DNA of 64,000 nucleotides from Myxococcaceae bacterium (GTDB lineage: Bacteria > Myxococcota > Myxococcia > Myxococcales > Myxococcaceae). Numbering within the stretch: the first letter of the stretch is position 1; each line of letters begins with the position of its first letter. The translations under genes and the position numbers were made by a program. The stretch spans positions 1-64,000 of the forward strand of contig DATJVY010000058.1 of NCBI GenBank assembly GCA_035501615.1. The letters are read 5' to 3'. Below are positions 8,819 through 19,184 of this stretch, one piece after another. The notes beneath the pieces are model-generated. The model ran no database searches, was not told the DNA's origin, and saw nothing but the letters and a program-made list of their open reading frames with translations.

Positions 8819-9556
8819 ATGCGGCTCGCCGTCATCTCCGACATCCACGGGAACATCCGCGCCCTCGAGGCGGTCCTGGCGCGGATCCGCGCCCTCGGCG
8901 ACGTCGACCGGCTGGTGGTCGCCGGCGATCTCCTCTCCGGTCCGCTGGAGCCCTCGGAGACCGCCGACGCGCTCCGGGCGCTCGACGCGGTCGTCATCCG
9001 GGGGAACCACGAGCGCCAGCTGCTCGCCTGCGCGAGGGCGCAGGGCGGCGAGAGCGACCAGTACGCCTTCGAGCACACCACGCCCGAGCAGCAGGCCTGG
9101 CTCGGCACCCTCCCGGCCACGCTCCAGCTGTCGCCCGACGTGCTGGTGTGTCACGGGACGCCGGAGACGGACCTGGTCTACCTGTGCGAGGAGCTCGAGG
9201 GAGGGCCGGTGACGCTCGCCCCGGACGAGGTCATCGCCCGGAGGCTCGCGGGAGCGCGCCATGCCCTCGTGCTGTCCGGCCACTCGCACCACCCGCGCAC
9301 CGTCCGGCTCGGAACCGGCCAGCTGGTGGTGAACGCCGGGAGCGTGGGCCTCCAGGCCTTCTCGGCGGACCGGCCGAGGCCTCACCACGTCGAGAACGGC
9401 TCGCCGCACGCGCGCTTCGTCGTCTGCGAGCGCGCGACGCACGGCTGGCAGGCCGAGCAGCACCAGGTCTCCTACGACTGGGACGCCGCCTCCGACACCG
9501 CGGCCAGGCACGGCCGCCCGGACTGGGCGCGCTGGCTTCGCTCCGGCCGGGTGTGA
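8819..9556 (+). CDS. Metallophosphoesterase (YfcE-like phosphodiesterase)
   Basis: Motifs 'VISDIHGN', 'GNHE' and 'GHSH' are present. Confidence 0.65.
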   Translation: MRLAVISDIHGNIRALEAVLARIRALGDVDRLVVAGDLLSGPLEPSETADALRALDAVVIRGNHERQLLACARAQGGESDQYAFEHTTPEQQAWLGTLPATLQLSPDVLVCHGTPETDLVYLCEELEGGPVTLAPDEVIARRLAGARHALVLSGHSHHPRTVRLGTGQLVVNAGSVGLQAFSADRPRPHHVENGSPHARFVVCERATHGWQAEQHQVSYDWDAASDTAARHGRPDWARWLRSGRV

Positions 9557-9565
9557 CGCCAGACG

Positions 9566-10471
9566 CTAGGGCTTCACCGGCTTCCAGCCGTCGCCGGGGT
9601 CGAAGGCCTGGAGCCCGGACGCGGTCTTCGCGGTCTTGGAACCGAGGTCTTTCTCGAAGACCACCCCCGCCTGGTTCACGAGGAAGGTCATCACCCCGGA
9701 GTTGCCGTAAGACGCGGGGTAGGCCACCAGCGCGAAGCCGCGGGTGAGCTTCCCGCCCTCCCGGTAGTCCATCGCCCCGCCCTCGGCGTGGGGACCCTGC
9801 CGGGTGAGAATGCGGAAGAAGTAGCCCCGGTACGGAGTGCGCCGCCCGTGCTTCGGCGCGTATCCCGCCTGGACCGCCCCGCTGACCGCAGGCCCCATCG
9901 GGCTCTCCGGCTCGCCCGGGGCCGCCTTCCAGAAGAGCCCATCCTTCTTCCCGGGCGAGCTGAGGAGCCGGTCCGCGTAGTGGGGCACGCTCGTTCCCTC
10001 GGGATTGCGGGCCAGGTAGTCCTCCTGCGCGCTCACGTAGCCCAGACAGACCTGGATGGCGTCGAGCTCGTTCTGGCCCACCCGGCGGGCGAGGATCTCC
10101 TCCTGTCCCGCCTTCGCATCGAAGCTCCAGCCCTTCTTTCCCTGGACCAGCGGGATGGGGAATGGCCAGGAGTCCTCGCCCACGGAGAGGATCCGCCGGC
10201 TCTCCTCGGGGGCGTCGAGCGTGTGCCGGCGGTCGTACAGCTCGACGAAGCGGTGGAGCGCCGTTCGATCGGCCACCGCATCCCCGGAGGCGAGGTACGA
10301 CTTCGCCGGATCCCCCAGCACCGAGATCATCGACTGGATCCGACCGGAGCGGGCGGCGGTGACCAGCGCCTCGATCGCCGCATCCGGATCCGCGAACGTC
10401 GGCGTCGCGGCGAGCGCCGAACCAGAGACGACGAGGAAGCACAGCATCGCGCGTGGGAGAAGGGAGCTCAT
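9566..10471 (-). CDS. DUF2950-family secreted protein
   Basis: Signal peptide. The C-terminal 'GFALVAYPASYGNSGVMTFLVNQAGVVFEKDLG' is characteristic of the family. Its start lies 2 nt after the DUF3300 stop. Confidence 0.6.
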   Translation of the reverse strand: MSSLLPRAMLCFLVVSGSALAATPTFADPDAAIEALVTAARSGRIQSMISVLGDPAKSYLASGDAVADRTALHRFVELYDRRHTLDAPEESRRILSVGEDSWPFPIPLVQGKKGWSFDAKAGQEEILARRVGQNELDAIQVCLGYVSAQEDYLARNPEGTSVPHYADRLLSSPGKKDGLFWKAAPGEPESPMGPAVSGAVQAGYAPKHGRRTPYRGYFFRILTRQGPHAEGGAMDYREGGKLTRGFALVAYPASYGNSGVMTFLVNQAGVVFEKDLGSKTAKTASGLQAFDPGDGWKPVKP

Positions 10472-10473
10472 CG

Positions 10474-11814
10474 CTAGCGCCTCCTCCCGCCGCCGCCGCC
10501 GCGACCGCCGCCGCCGAAGCTCGACGCGCCCCGGTTGCTGGCCGCCCGTGTCTGTGCGCCGCTGTTCATGCCTCCCCAGCCTCCAGCCGAGGGAGACGGT
10601 CGGGTCGAAGGTGCACCCCATCCGCGATCGCCTCCGCCGCCGTACCCCGGAGGCGTGCTCGGGATCCCGGTCGAGGGCCGCGGACCGCCCGCTCCTGGGC
10701 CACCACCGCCCGCAGGAAGCTGGCTCGGGCCGCTCGGCCTCCCGGCGGTCGGACCGGAGGGAAGCTGGCTCGGGCCTCCGGGCCGGCCTCCTGGACCGCC
10801 CGGACCTCCGACGCCTCCCGGTCCCCCGGGACCGCCGACGCCGCCCGGACCCCCGGGACCGCCAGGCCCACCAGGCCTTCCGGGTCCGCCGACGCCGCCC
10901 GGACCACCGGGTCCACCCACCCCACCGGGCGGCCGCTGCGGTGGCGGTCGAGGTGGATACGGCGGGCGCGGTGGATAGGGCGGATACGGCGGGTAGCGCC
11001 AGTAGCTCGAGCCGATGGCGAAGCCGATGCTGAAGCTGATGACCGCGGCGCCCGCCGCGTAGCCCGGTGGATAGACGGGCGGCGGCGGATAGGCCGGATA
11101 GGCCCACGTGCCGTACACCACCGTCGGGCTGTAGACCGGGACGTAGACGACCTGCGGCTGCGCGGGCTCGATGTAGATGATGCTGGTCGTCGTTCCGTCC
11201 GCCGCGGCCCCGCCCTGCTCGACCTTCACCGTCTGCTGCGACGACGACTTGAGGTTGCCCGCGTCCATCGCCCGCTGACGGAGCTGCTGGACCGCGAAGA
11301 GGACCGACGCCCGCTGGGTCTGGTAAGCGGTGCCGAGATCGCGCGCCCAGTCGGTGTGCTCGCTGAGCATCTTCAGCACGTCCGGGAGCGCGGCCAGCGC
11401 CTTCACGCTGTCGCTCCAGGGTCGGTCCTTAAGCGCGGCCTCCAGGTCCTTCCCGCCGAGGCTCGGGTGGGCCTTGAGGAATGCCGCGGCGTCGGCCACC
11501 TCCTGCGGCCGCAGGGACGCCTCGAGCACCTGTCCCAGGAGTGGATCGGGAAAGAGCGCGATGGGCGAGACCATGGCCTCCAGCGCCTCGGGAGCGAACC
11601 CGCCCTCCGTCGGCGCGGGGGCGGCGGCCGCGGCTGCCGGAGCGACGGCCTGGGCCGGAGCGGGTGCCGGCGGGGGAGCGGGCTGCACCGGGTTCGCGCC
11701 CGGAGGCGGGAGCGGCTGGGGCGCGGGAGCGGCCGGGGCCTGTGCCTGGCTCTTCGACGAGCCGGCACAGGCGCAGATCACCACCACCACCGCGAGGACA
11801 CGCCCGAACGTCAT
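10474..11814 (-). CDS. DUF3300-family lipoprotein with a Gly/Pro-rich low-complexity C-terminus
   Basis: Lipoprotein signal. The conserved N-terminal '[15 protein letters not shown]...[12 protein letters not shown]' block is present. Confidence 0.6.
   Translation of the reverse strand: MTFGRVLAVVVVICACAGSSKSQAQAPAAPAPQPLPPPGANPVQPAPPPAPAPAQAVAPAAAAAAPAPTEGGFAPEALEAMVSPIALFPDPLLGQVLEASLRPQEVADAAAFLKAHPSLGGKDLEAALKDRPWSDSVKALAALPDVLKMLSEHTDWARDLGTAYQTQRASVLFAVQQLRQRAMDAGNLKSSSQQTVKVEQGGAAADGTTTSIIYIEPAQPQVVYVPVYSPTVVYGTWAYPAYPPPPVYPPGYAAGAAVISFSIGFAIGSSYWRYPPYPPYPPRPPYPPRPPPQRPPGGVGGPGGPGGVGGPGRPGGPGGPGGPGGVGGPGGPGGVGGPGGPGGRPGGPSQLPSGPTAGRPSGPSQLPAGGGGPGAGGPRPSTGIPSTPPGYGGGGDRGWGAPSTRPSPSAGGWGGMNSGAQTRAASNRGASSFGGGGRGGGGGRRR
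10776..10929 (-). repeat. In-frame tandem coding repeats (PGGPGGVGG)n inside the DUF3300 gene
   Basis: Repeated ccgggaccaccgg / gtccgccgacgcc units, visible in both the DNA and the protein. Confidence 0.5.
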
Positions 11815-11901
11815 GCGCGCGACTCTGCCAGGAACTCCACCGGAGGGCGCGGCAGAAAGCGCATGGGACCAAGGTACAACCCCGGCCCCCAGCCGGTGCG
11901 C

Positions 11902-12843
11902 TCAGTGCGCGGCCGCGACGCGCGCGGCGCTCGCCTTCTCCTGGATGCAGCCGTGGTCCGCGTTGGACCACTGCTTCTGCACCTGCCAGCGGTTGCTCCC
12001 CAGCTGGACGCAGCTCCCGAAGCGGAAGTTGCACTTGTCGGCGATCTCCTCGCCCGACGGGTCGACCCACGCGTTCAGGTCCGGGTCGGTGATCATCTCG
12101 ATCATCTCGTGGGCAGTGACGTTCGCCAGCGCCCGCGTGGCCTCGCTGAACCCGTTGCACTGGAAGAGGTCACCCGGGTCACACTGGGGCGCGGTGGCCT
12201 GGTTCGGTAGGTAGGCCACGTGGATGCGCTGGCCGGAGGGGCACTTCCCGCCGTCGTGCCAGGCGCAGAAGTCGGCCTGGTCGGGGAAGCCGTCGGTGAA
12301 GACCAGGTAGAGTGCGGTGGGGCTGGGAACCTGGCGCGCCTCGTCCAGCACCTGGCACACCTTGGCGACGATCTCCTCGGTCGAGGGGGAATGGTCCGGC
12401 GACGCCGACGTCTCCTGGAGGTGGCCGACGAACGTCGCCCGCGCCGGTGGCTGGCGCACGTACTGGTCCACGATGGCGAGGTAGCGCGAGCCGTCGACGC
12501 CGGAGAGGAGGGTGTCCATCCCCGACATCGCGTCCGACGGGAAGCGCGACGGGTCACCCCACCAGATGGCGTAGATGCTCGCCTGGGGAATGACCGGACC
12601 GCCCAGGTCCTCGAGGTCGTCTCCCGAGAATCGCACCGTCGCGGCCCGGCGGTTCGTCATCACCGAGCCGTGGGTCGGTTTGGGCGCGGCGGACTGCGCA
12701 ACGGCCGGATCGCGAGCGTAGTAGCCGGAGCTCCCGAGACATCCAGCGAGGCCCACCGCGGTGGCCAGGAGACAGAAGGAAGCGCGCACCGGACGACCCT
12801 CCACAGGCTGCTCTCCCCCGGGCCGGGATCTCGGCCCAGGCAC
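11902..12843 (-). CDS. Hypothetical lipoprotein, Cys-rich C-terminal domain
   Basis: Lipobox LAGC. No recognisable catalytic motif; HEMIE is not HExxH. Confidence 0.45.
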   Translation of the reverse strand: MPGPRSRPGGEQPVEGRPVRASFCLLATAVGLAGCLGSSGYYARDPAVAQSAAPKPTHGSVMTNRRAATVRFSGDDLEDLGGPVIPQASIYAIWWGDPSRFPSDAMSGMDTLLSGVDGSRYLAIVDQYVRQPPARATFVGHLQETSASPDHSPSTEEIVAKVCQVLDEARQVPSPTALYLVFTDGFPDQADFCAWHDGGKCPSGQRIHVAYLPNQATAPQCDPGDLFQCNGFSEATRALANVTAHEMIEMITDPDLNAWVDPSGEEIADKCNFRFGSCVQLGSNRWQVQKQWSNADHGCIQEKASAARVAAAH

Positions 12844-12852
12844 CGCCGGCCG

Positions 12853-14070
12853 TCAAGCGGTGCCTGGAGGAGTCGCTCCCTCGAGTGCAGTTCGCTGCGG
12901 AGCGCCACGCGCCAGCAGCGGAGCGAGGAGGAGCGCCAGCGGAAGGGTGGCCAGCGCCGTGGCCGCGGTGGCCACGGTCGCCCAGCCAGCGCCGGCGGCA
13001 TCCCCGAGCACCCCGAACCCCACCGGAGCGATGGCTCCCGAGCCGATCACCCCCGTGTAGAAGACCGCGAAGGCGCTCTCCGCCCGCGCCCCGGGTCGCA
13101 GCTCGGGAACCGTTCCGTACAGCACCGACGAGGTGCCGTTGAGCATGATGCCCAGCAGTGGCAGCACGGCCAGCGCCGGCCACAGCGGGAGCACCAGCAC
13201 GGCGAGGATGAGCGCCGCCGTCCCGCCCTCGGTCAGGAGCACGGTGCGGAGCAGGCCGATCCGAGCGCCCAGCCAGCCACAGGCCGCCTTTCCCGCGGCC
13301 CCGCCCAGGAACACCGCGGCCAGCCCGAGCCCGACCGTCGACAGCGCCGCACCCTTGTCCCGCAGGAGGAAGGGCAAGAACGTCAGGAGCCCCATGCGGG
13401 CGCCGGTGTCCAGCACCCCGATGGCGAGCAGCAGCCCGAATCCCCTTCCGGCCGCGCCGCCCCGAGCGTCCACGGAAGCGGACGCCGCCTCCGGCTCGTG
13501 CCGTGGCAACACGGGCATGAGCGACAGGATGGCGACGGCGACCACGAGGCCCAGCGCCGAGAGGAGCCACAGCGCGTGGCGCCAGGTCATCGCGGCGAGG
13601 AGCAGCGACACCGCCGCCGGGACCGCCGCCTTCCCGAGGTCCCCGCTGAAGTTGTAGAGGCCGAGCGGCGCCCGGGCCGCGAGACCGTAGGCACGGGACA
13701 CCGAGCCGGATCCGATCGGATGCTGGGTACTGCCGCCCGCGCCGGCGAGGACCAGGGCGAGCGAGAGCCCCACGAGGCCGCCCGCCGCTCCGGCGAGGCC
13801 GTACCCGAGCGCCGCGAGCGCCGTTCCAGCCGCCAGCACCGGGCGGCCACCGAAGCGACCCGCGAGACGCCCGCTGGGCATCTGGAGCGTGGCCATGGCC
13901 CCGGCATAGAGGCCGCGGAGGGCGGCGAGCCGACCGTAGCCGAGGCCGAGCTCGGCCTGCCACACCGGCAGCAGGACGTAGATGACGTCGGTGTAGCCGT
14001 CGTGCAGCGCGTGCGCGAGCCCGGCGACCGCGAGTGTCCGGGGCCCGAGGGACCGCGACATGGAGGGCAT
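12853..14070 (-). CDS. MFS transporter
   Basis: Twelve hydrophobic segments with an MFS-type loop pattern. Confidence 0.65.
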   Translation of the reverse strand: MPSMSRSLGPRTLAVAGLAHALHDGYTDVIYVLLPVWQAELGLGYGRLAALRGLYAGAMATLQMPSGRLAGRFGGRPVLAAGTALAALGYGLAGAAGGLVGLSLALVLAGAGGSTQHPIGSGSVSRAYGLAARAPLGLYNFSGDLGKAAVPAAVSLLLAAMTWRHALWLLSALGLVVAVAILSLMPVLPRHEPEAASASVDARGGAAGRGFGLLLAIGVLDTGARMGLLTFLPFLLRDKGAALSTVGLGLAAVFLGGAAGKAACGWLGARIGLLRTVLLTEGGTAALILAVLVLPLWPALAVLPLLGIMLNGTSSVLYGTVPELRPGARAESAFAVFYTGVIGSGAIAPVGFGVLGDAAGAGWATVATAATALATLPLALLLAPLLARGAPQRTALEGATPPGTA

Positions 14071-14105
14071 CCCACCACGCGCGCCGGCCGGGTGCGAGCG
14101 CTAGG

Positions 14106-14411
14106 CTAGAGCTTCGCGGCGAGCACGTCGTGCTTCTCGATGCGCGGCGGCTCGGCCAGCAGTTCCGGGGCGTGGGCCATCAGCGCCGCCGCGACCTTGC
14201 CCGAGAGGTGGGCCTGCCTCCCGTCCTCGGCAGCGAAGGTGTCGAAGATGGCGAAGGTGCGCCGGTCGAACCGCACCGCGTACCACTGCAGCGTCTTCGG
14301 CTCGGCCTGGACGAGCTCCAGCCCCGAGCGGAGGAAGTCCTCCACCGCCTTCTCCTTGCCCTCCTTGGCCACCAGCCGGACGAAGAGCCCCACCGTCACC
14401 TTTGCAGCCAT
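14106..14411 (-). CDS. Antibiotic-biosynthesis-monooxygenase (ABM)-fold protein, about 101 aa
   Basis: Internal ATG at 14411 with GGAGG upstream. Size and pattern match the ABM fold. Confidence 0.5.
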   Translation of the reverse strand: MAAKVTVGLFVRLVAKEGKEKAVEDFLRSGLELVQAEPKTLQWYAVRFDRRTFAIFDTFAAEDGRQAHLSGKVAAALMAHAPELLAEPPRIEKHDVLAAKL

Positions 14412-14752
14412 CGCATGCCTCCTCTCGGGTCGAACGTCATCCCCATAACCAGGAGGCACGAGGACGCGCCCGTTGCATCCGCCGGGCACGGGAACGAGCG
14501 TCGAGCGGCGGACGGGCCAGCTTCCGGACGAGGGAACCACGCGACCGCGTGGAATCGCGGAAGCCGGCCGGACACTCGGAACCCCAAGACCAGCACGGAG
14601 CGTAGGGGGCCGCCCGGCTGTGCGAGCAACGGAGGACCCTGTCCACGCCGCGGTCGTGGGCACCCACCGGTCCGCGCGGGGGCGAGAAAGCACCACGGCC
14701 CGGGCACCGGCTCGGATAAGAGGACCCCTCCCCGTCCGGAGGTCCGCGCACG

Positions 14753-16015
14753 ATGAAGCACCGCTCCTTCCTGCGTCCTGCCCTGCTGCTCCTCGCCGTG
14801 GGCCTGACCGTCCGGGCCCAGCCCGTCGTCATCCGAGCCGGCCGGCTGGTGGACCCCGCGACGGGGACGGCCACCACCGGCCAGCAGATCCTCGTCGAGG
14901 GGGGAACCATCCGTGCGGTCGGCGCGAGCGTGGCCGTGCCAGCCGGAGCACAGGTGGTGGACCTCTCGGACCGGACCGTTCTCCCCGGACTGATGGATGC
15001 GCACACCCATCTGTGCCTCACCCAGGTCACCCAAGGGGGACGGGGGCTGAACGAGCTGCTCCAGCGGCTGCTCGCCGCCACGGTCCTGGAGACCAACGCC
15101 CGTCGCGCGCTCGTCGGAGTGAAGAACGCCCGTGACATGCTCGAGTCGGGCTTCACCACCGTCCGTGACGTCGGCAACGCCGGGAACTACGCCGACACCG
15201 ATCTCCGCCGCGCGGTGGAGGAGGGCCTCGTGCCCGGACCGACGATCATCAACGCCGGCCGGATCATCGCTCCGCTGGGAGGGCAGTTCCACGCCATCCA
15301 GCCCGAGCGCCCCGATCTCGGCGAGCCCGAGTACCTCTACGCCGACACCCCCGACCAGATGCGGATCGCGGTCCGGAAGAACGCGCTCTTCGGGGCGAAG
15401 GTGATCAAGATCGTCGTCGACGATCAGCCGTACCTCTACTCGGTCGAGGACGTGAAGACGCTCGTTGCCGAGGCGGCGCGCGCCGGCCTGAAGGTGGCGG
15501 CGCACGCGGGGACCGAGGCCGGGGTACGCAACGCGGCCGAGGGCGGCGTCGCGTCGATCGAGCACGCTTACACCGCGTCCACCGAGGCGCTGCAGCTGAT
15601 GAAGAAGAAGAACGTCTGGCTGGTGGGCACCGACTTCACCCGCTCGGCGGCCGAGGCGATGGGCATGGCCGACTACCACCCGAAGGTGGTGGAGCGGCTG
15701 AAGCGGGCACGGACGGTGGGCGTATCGATCGCCTACGGGACCGACATCGTCTTCCCCGCCGAGGGCGAGACGCGGGGCACGCTGTCGATCGCCGGGATCG
15801 AGAGCTTCCAGGAGGCGGGGTTCACGCCTGCGGAGATCCTCCGCTTCATGACGACGAACACCGCGAAGCTGCTCGGGGTCGACGGGCAGCGTGGCGCGAT
15901 TCGCCCCGGGATGGCGGCGGACATCGTCGCCGTCCCGGGGGACCCGCTGGCCGACGCGAGCGTGCTCCGCCGCGTGTCCTTCGTGATGAAGGACGGGAAG
16001 ATCGTCAAGCGCTGA
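14753..16015 (+). CDS. Secreted amidohydrolase-family metal-dependent hydrolase
   Basis: Signal peptide. Motif 'PGLMDAHTHL' and a later His/Asp metal-ligand pattern. Confidence 0.7.
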   Translation: MKHRSFLRPALLLLAVGLTVRAQPVVIRAGRLVDPATGTATTGQQILVEGGTIRAVGASVAVPAGAQVVDLSDRTVLPGLMDAHTHLCLTQVTQGGRGLNELLQRLLAATVLETNARRALVGVKNARDMLESGFTTVRDVGNAGNYADTDLRRAVEEGLVPGPTIINAGRIIAPLGGQFHAIQPERPDLGEPEYLYADTPDQMRIAVRKNALFGAKVIKIVVDDQPYLYSVEDVKTLVAEAARAGLKVAAHAGTEAGVRNAAEGGVASIEHAYTASTEALQLMKKKNVWLVGTDFTRSAAEAMGMADYHPKVVERLKRARTVGVSIAYGTDIVFPAEGETRGTLSIAGIESFQEAGFTPAEILRFMTTNTAKLLGVDGQRGAIRPGMAADIVAVPGDPLADASVLRRVSFVMKDGKIVKR

Positions 16016-16033
16016 GGCGGCTCCGCGGGGCGC

Positions 16034-16528
16034 CTACCGGCTCGTCGGCGGGGGAGTGCCGGGGGCGCCCCGCTCGTCCGCCGGCGGCGGGTTGACGGGC
16101 TCGGTCCCGGCCGGCCCCGAGCCACCCACCGCGGGGCCCCACTCCGGCGACGGAGGCGCGGCGCGGGCCTTGGTCACGTCGAGGGTGACGTTCCGGGTCG
16201 GCGCGGTGATCCGATCCGCCTCGAGCACCGTTCGGCCCTCCGAGTCGCTGCTCAGCCGACCGGTGACCTGAACCGTGGTGTTGGGCGGGAACTGGTCGGA
16301 GACCTTCGGGCCGAGGTCCTCGGGAACCGCCACCCGCTCGCCGGAGGCGAGGACGAACCCGTTCACCTGACCGCTGGGCGAGGAGGTGTAGTTCTGGATG
16401 CTGCCGGTGAGCGTCGCGCCCCGAGCCGTGGCCGGAACGGCCGCCGAGGGCGAGGCGGTGGAGCCGGTCGAGGCGCAGCCGGCGGCGAGGGCGAGCGCGC
16501 CGGCCGCCAGGCAAGGAAGACATCGCAT
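16034..16528 (-). CDS. Small lipoprotein (possible OB-fold / BOF-like)
   Basis: ATG at 16528 with GGGAGG upstream. Lipobox LAAGC. Confidence 0.45.
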   Translation of the reverse strand: MRCLPCLAAGALALAAGCASTGSTASPSAAVPATARGATLTGSIQNYTSSPSGQVNGFVLASGERVAVPEDLGPKVSDQFPPNTTVQVTGRLSSDSEGRTVLEADRITAPTRNVTLDVTKARAAPPSPEWGPAVGGSGPAGTEPVNPPPADERGAPGTPPPTSR

Positions 16529-16805
16529 GTTCGGACCTCCCGATGTTCGAGGCCCTGCACGCTGCGCACGACGGAGGGGGATGGCCGGCGCGATCCCGAT
16601 CCCCGGGGAACCCGACTGTCGGCTTGCGAGCAGCCTTCCGTGCACGGCGAGCAGACGCCGCCATGCAGCGAGCGGCGAGCCCCCGGATCGGGCTCCAGCG
16701 AACGGTGCGGACCGTGCAGCCGTGCTCCGCCTGAGGCTCGAACGCCCGGCGTAGAACGGGTCGGCGCTCACGCCAAGGCGGCACGACACCGCGGGAGAAT
16801 CTCCG

Positions 16806-18251
16806 ATGCACGTTCGACGACTGCTTCCACCTCTACTCCTGCTGCCGGCGCTGGCCTTCGCCGCCGGCGCACCTGCCACGCTCCCGATCACGACGTCCTC
16901 CCCGGAGGCCCGGGCGCTCTACCTCGAGGGACGCGACCTGGTGGAGCGGCTGAAGGGCACCGAGGCTCATCTCAAGACCGAGCAGGCGCTGAAGAAGGAC
17001 CCGCAGTTCGCGCTGGCCTGGCTCCAGTACGCGGGCACCTCGGGGACCAACAAGGAGTTCTTCGCCCAGCTCGAGAAGGCGGTCGCTCTGGCTCCCAAGG
17101 CGACCGAGGGCGAGCAGATGTTCATCCAGGCCGCCGAGGCCGGGGCGAAGTCACGTCCCGCCGAGCAGGAGCGCCTGATGAAGGCCCTGGTGGAGAAGTT
17201 CCCCGCCGACGTGCGAATGCACACCAACCTCGGGAACTTCTACTTCGCGCGGCAGGACTACGACGGCGCCGTCCGCGAGCTGTCCCGCGCGACCGAGCTC
17301 GATCCGAAGTTCACCCTCCCCTACAACCAGCTCGGCTACGCCTATCGCCTCCAGGGCAAGTACCCGGAGGCGGAGAAGACCTTCAAGCGGTACGCCGAGC
17401 TGCTCCCCGACGATCCGAACCCGCACGACTCCTATGCCGAGCTGCTGCTGCGGATGGGCCGGTTCGAGGACTCCATCGCCAGCTACCGGAAGGCGCTCAA
17501 GGCGGATCCGCACTTCCTCAGCGCGTACATCGGCATCGTCAACGACCAGGTCCTCCTCGGGAAGGGAGACGATGCCCGGGCCACCCTGAAGGAGATGATG
17601 GGCAAGGCACGGACCGACGGCGAGAAGCGCCAGGTCTGGTTCTGGACTTCCCAGACCTACCTCCACGAGGAGCGCTGGAGCGACGCCGTGAAGGCGATCG
17701 AGGAGGAGAAGAAGATCGCCGACGCCTCGGGCGACGTGCTCTCCGCCTCGCAGGACGTGAACTTCATCGGGAACATCCTGCTCGCCTCGGGCAAGCCCGC
17801 CGAGGCGGTGCAGAAGTTCGAGGAGAGCATGGCCCTGGTGGACAGGGCGAAGGCCTCGGACGCCGTGAAGGATGCCGCCCGCCGGAACCACCTCTTCGAC
17901 CTCGCACGGGCCGCGCTCGCGAAGGGTGACCTCGCCGGTGCCCGCGCCAGCGCAGCGAAGTACGCGGCCGCAGTGGAGGCGAAGGCGGTCCCCTTCGAGG
18001 TGCGGCAGTCGCACGAGCTGGCGGGGATGATCGCCGTCCAGGCCAAGGAGTGGGATTCCGCCCTGACCGAGCTGGGGAAGGCCGGGCAGCAGAACCCTCG
18101 GGTGATGTACCTCACCGGGCTCGCCTGGCAGGGCAAGGGAGACTCGACGAAGGCGGCCGAGGCTTTCCGGTCCGCCGTCGACTACAACCAGCTCAACGGG
18201 GTCTACGGCCTGGTGCGGCCTCAGGCCCGCCGCCAGCTCGGGCGAAGCTAG
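16806..18251 (+). CDS. Secreted TPR-repeat protein
   Basis: Signal peptide followed by multiple 34-aa TPR-like repeats. Confidence 0.65.
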   Translation: MHVRRLLPPLLLLPALAFAAGAPATLPITTSSPEARALYLEGRDLVERLKGTEAHLKTEQALKKDPQFALAWLQYAGTSGTNKEFFAQLEKAVALAPKATEGEQMFIQAAEAGAKSRPAEQERLMKALVEKFPADVRMHTNLGNFYFARQDYDGAVRELSRATELDPKFTLPYNQLGYAYRLQGKYPEAEKTFKRYAELLPDDPNPHDSYAELLLRMGRFEDSIASYRKALKADPHFLSAYIGIVNDQVLLGKGDDARATLKEMMGKARTDGEKRQVWFWTSQTYLHEERWSDAVKAIEEEKKIADASGDVLSASQDVNFIGNILLASGKPAEAVQKFEESMALVDRAKASDAVKDAARRNHLFDLARAALAKGDLAGARASAAKYAAAVEAKAVPFEVRQSHELAGMIAVQAKEWDSALTELGKAGQQNPRVMYLTGLAWQGKGDSTKAAEAFRSAVDYNQLNGVYGLVRPQARRQLGRS

Positions 18252-18260
18252 GCGCTCCGC

Positions 18261-18290
18261 TCCCGGCGTCCGCACCACGGGGCGCCGGGA
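18261..18290. terminator. Hairpin between convergent genes (tcccggcg...cgccggga), a candidate bidirectional terminator
   Basis: An 8-bp inverted repeat between the TPR gene stop and the rhodanese stop. Confidence 0.3.
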
Positions 18291-18301
18291 ACGGCAGGTC
18301 C

Positions 18302-19147
18302 TCAGGGCTTCTCGATCGGCGCGCCGATCAGGTTGCCGTACTCGGTCCAGCTGCCGTCGTAGTTCTTCACGTCCTTGAAGCCGAGCAGGTACTTGAGGAC
18401 GAACCAGGTGTGACTGCTCCGCTCGCCGATGCGGCAGTAGGCGATGGTGGCCTTCTTCGGATCGAGTCGCTTCTGGTCCAGGTAGATGGCCCGGAGCTCG
18501 TCCGGGCTCTTGAAGGTGTTCTCCGGGGTCACCGCGGTGCTCCACGGGATGCTGGTCGCCCCCGGGACGTGGCCGCCGCGCTGGGCGGTCTCGGACATGC
18601 CCGGTGGAGCGATCACCTTCCCGGTGAACTCGTCCGGGCTCCGCACGTCCACCAGCGGGGCGCGCTTCTCGCTGGCGGTGAGCACCTCGGCCACCTTGGC
18701 GCGGATCGAGGCGTCCACCGAGGGCACCTTGTACTGGCTGGGGGAGAACTTCTGGATCTCGGTGGTGAGCGGGGCCCCTTCCTCGTTGAGCCACTTGGCC
18801 CGGCCGCCGTTCAAGAGGCGGACGTCCTTGTGTCCGTAGATCTTGTAGAGCCAGAACCCGAAGGCCGCGAACCAGTTGCTCGAGTCCCCGTAGATGACCA
18901 CGGTGTCCGAGTTCTTGATCCCTGCCTCGGAGTTGAGCTTCTCGAACTCCTGCTTGGAGACGATGTCGCGCCTGAGCTGGTCGTTGAGCTGGGTGGTCCA
19001 GTCCCAGCCGACCGCTCCGGGGATGTGGCCCGCAGCGTAGAGCTTCGGGTCCACGTCCACCTCGACGATGCGGACGCCGGGGGTCTTGAGGTTCTGCTTC
19101 AGCCAGTCGGTCGAGACCAGGACCTCGGGGTGTGCGTAGTCGGCCAT
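18302..19147 (-). CDS. sseA: Thiosulfate/3-mercaptopyruvate sulfurtransferase (tandem rhodanese domains)
   Basis: Two rhodanese domains. Active-site motif 'CRIGERSS'. Confidence 0.7.
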   Translation of the reverse strand: MADYAHPEVLVSTDWLKQNLKTPGVRIVEVDVDPKLYAAGHIPGAVGWDWTTQLNDQLRRDIVSKQEFEKLNSEAGIKNSDTVVIYGDSSNWFAAFGFWLYKIYGHKDVRLLNGGRAKWLNEEGAPLTTEIQKFSPSQYKVPSVDASIRAKVAEVLTASEKRAPLVDVRSPDEFTGKVIAPPGMSETAQRGGHVPGATSIPWSTAVTPENTFKSPDELRAIYLDQKRLDPKKATIAYCRIGERSSHTWFVLKYLLGFKDVKNYDGSWTEYGNLIGAPIEKP

Positions 19148-19184
19148 GTCGCTGCTCCTTCCTGCTGCGTGAGAAGTTGATTTG

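Noticed and set aside
10776-10929. Tandem DNA repeats as a possible CRISPR array or noncoding VNTR.
   Set aside because: The repeats are in frame inside the DUF3300 gene, with no spacers of unique sequence. The same holds for the 42313-42733 repeats inside the Zn-ribbon/TPR gene.
12220-14109. Long ORFs on the opposite strand of real genes. Examples: 12220-14109 antisense to the MFS gene, 17151-18794 antisense to the TPR gene, 45794-50710 antisense to the giant TPR gene, and 9231-10442.
   Set aside because: In DNA above 70% GC, stop codons are rare in all frames. These ORFs have Arg/Gly/Pro-rich compositions with no motifs, and they overlap confidently assigned genes.
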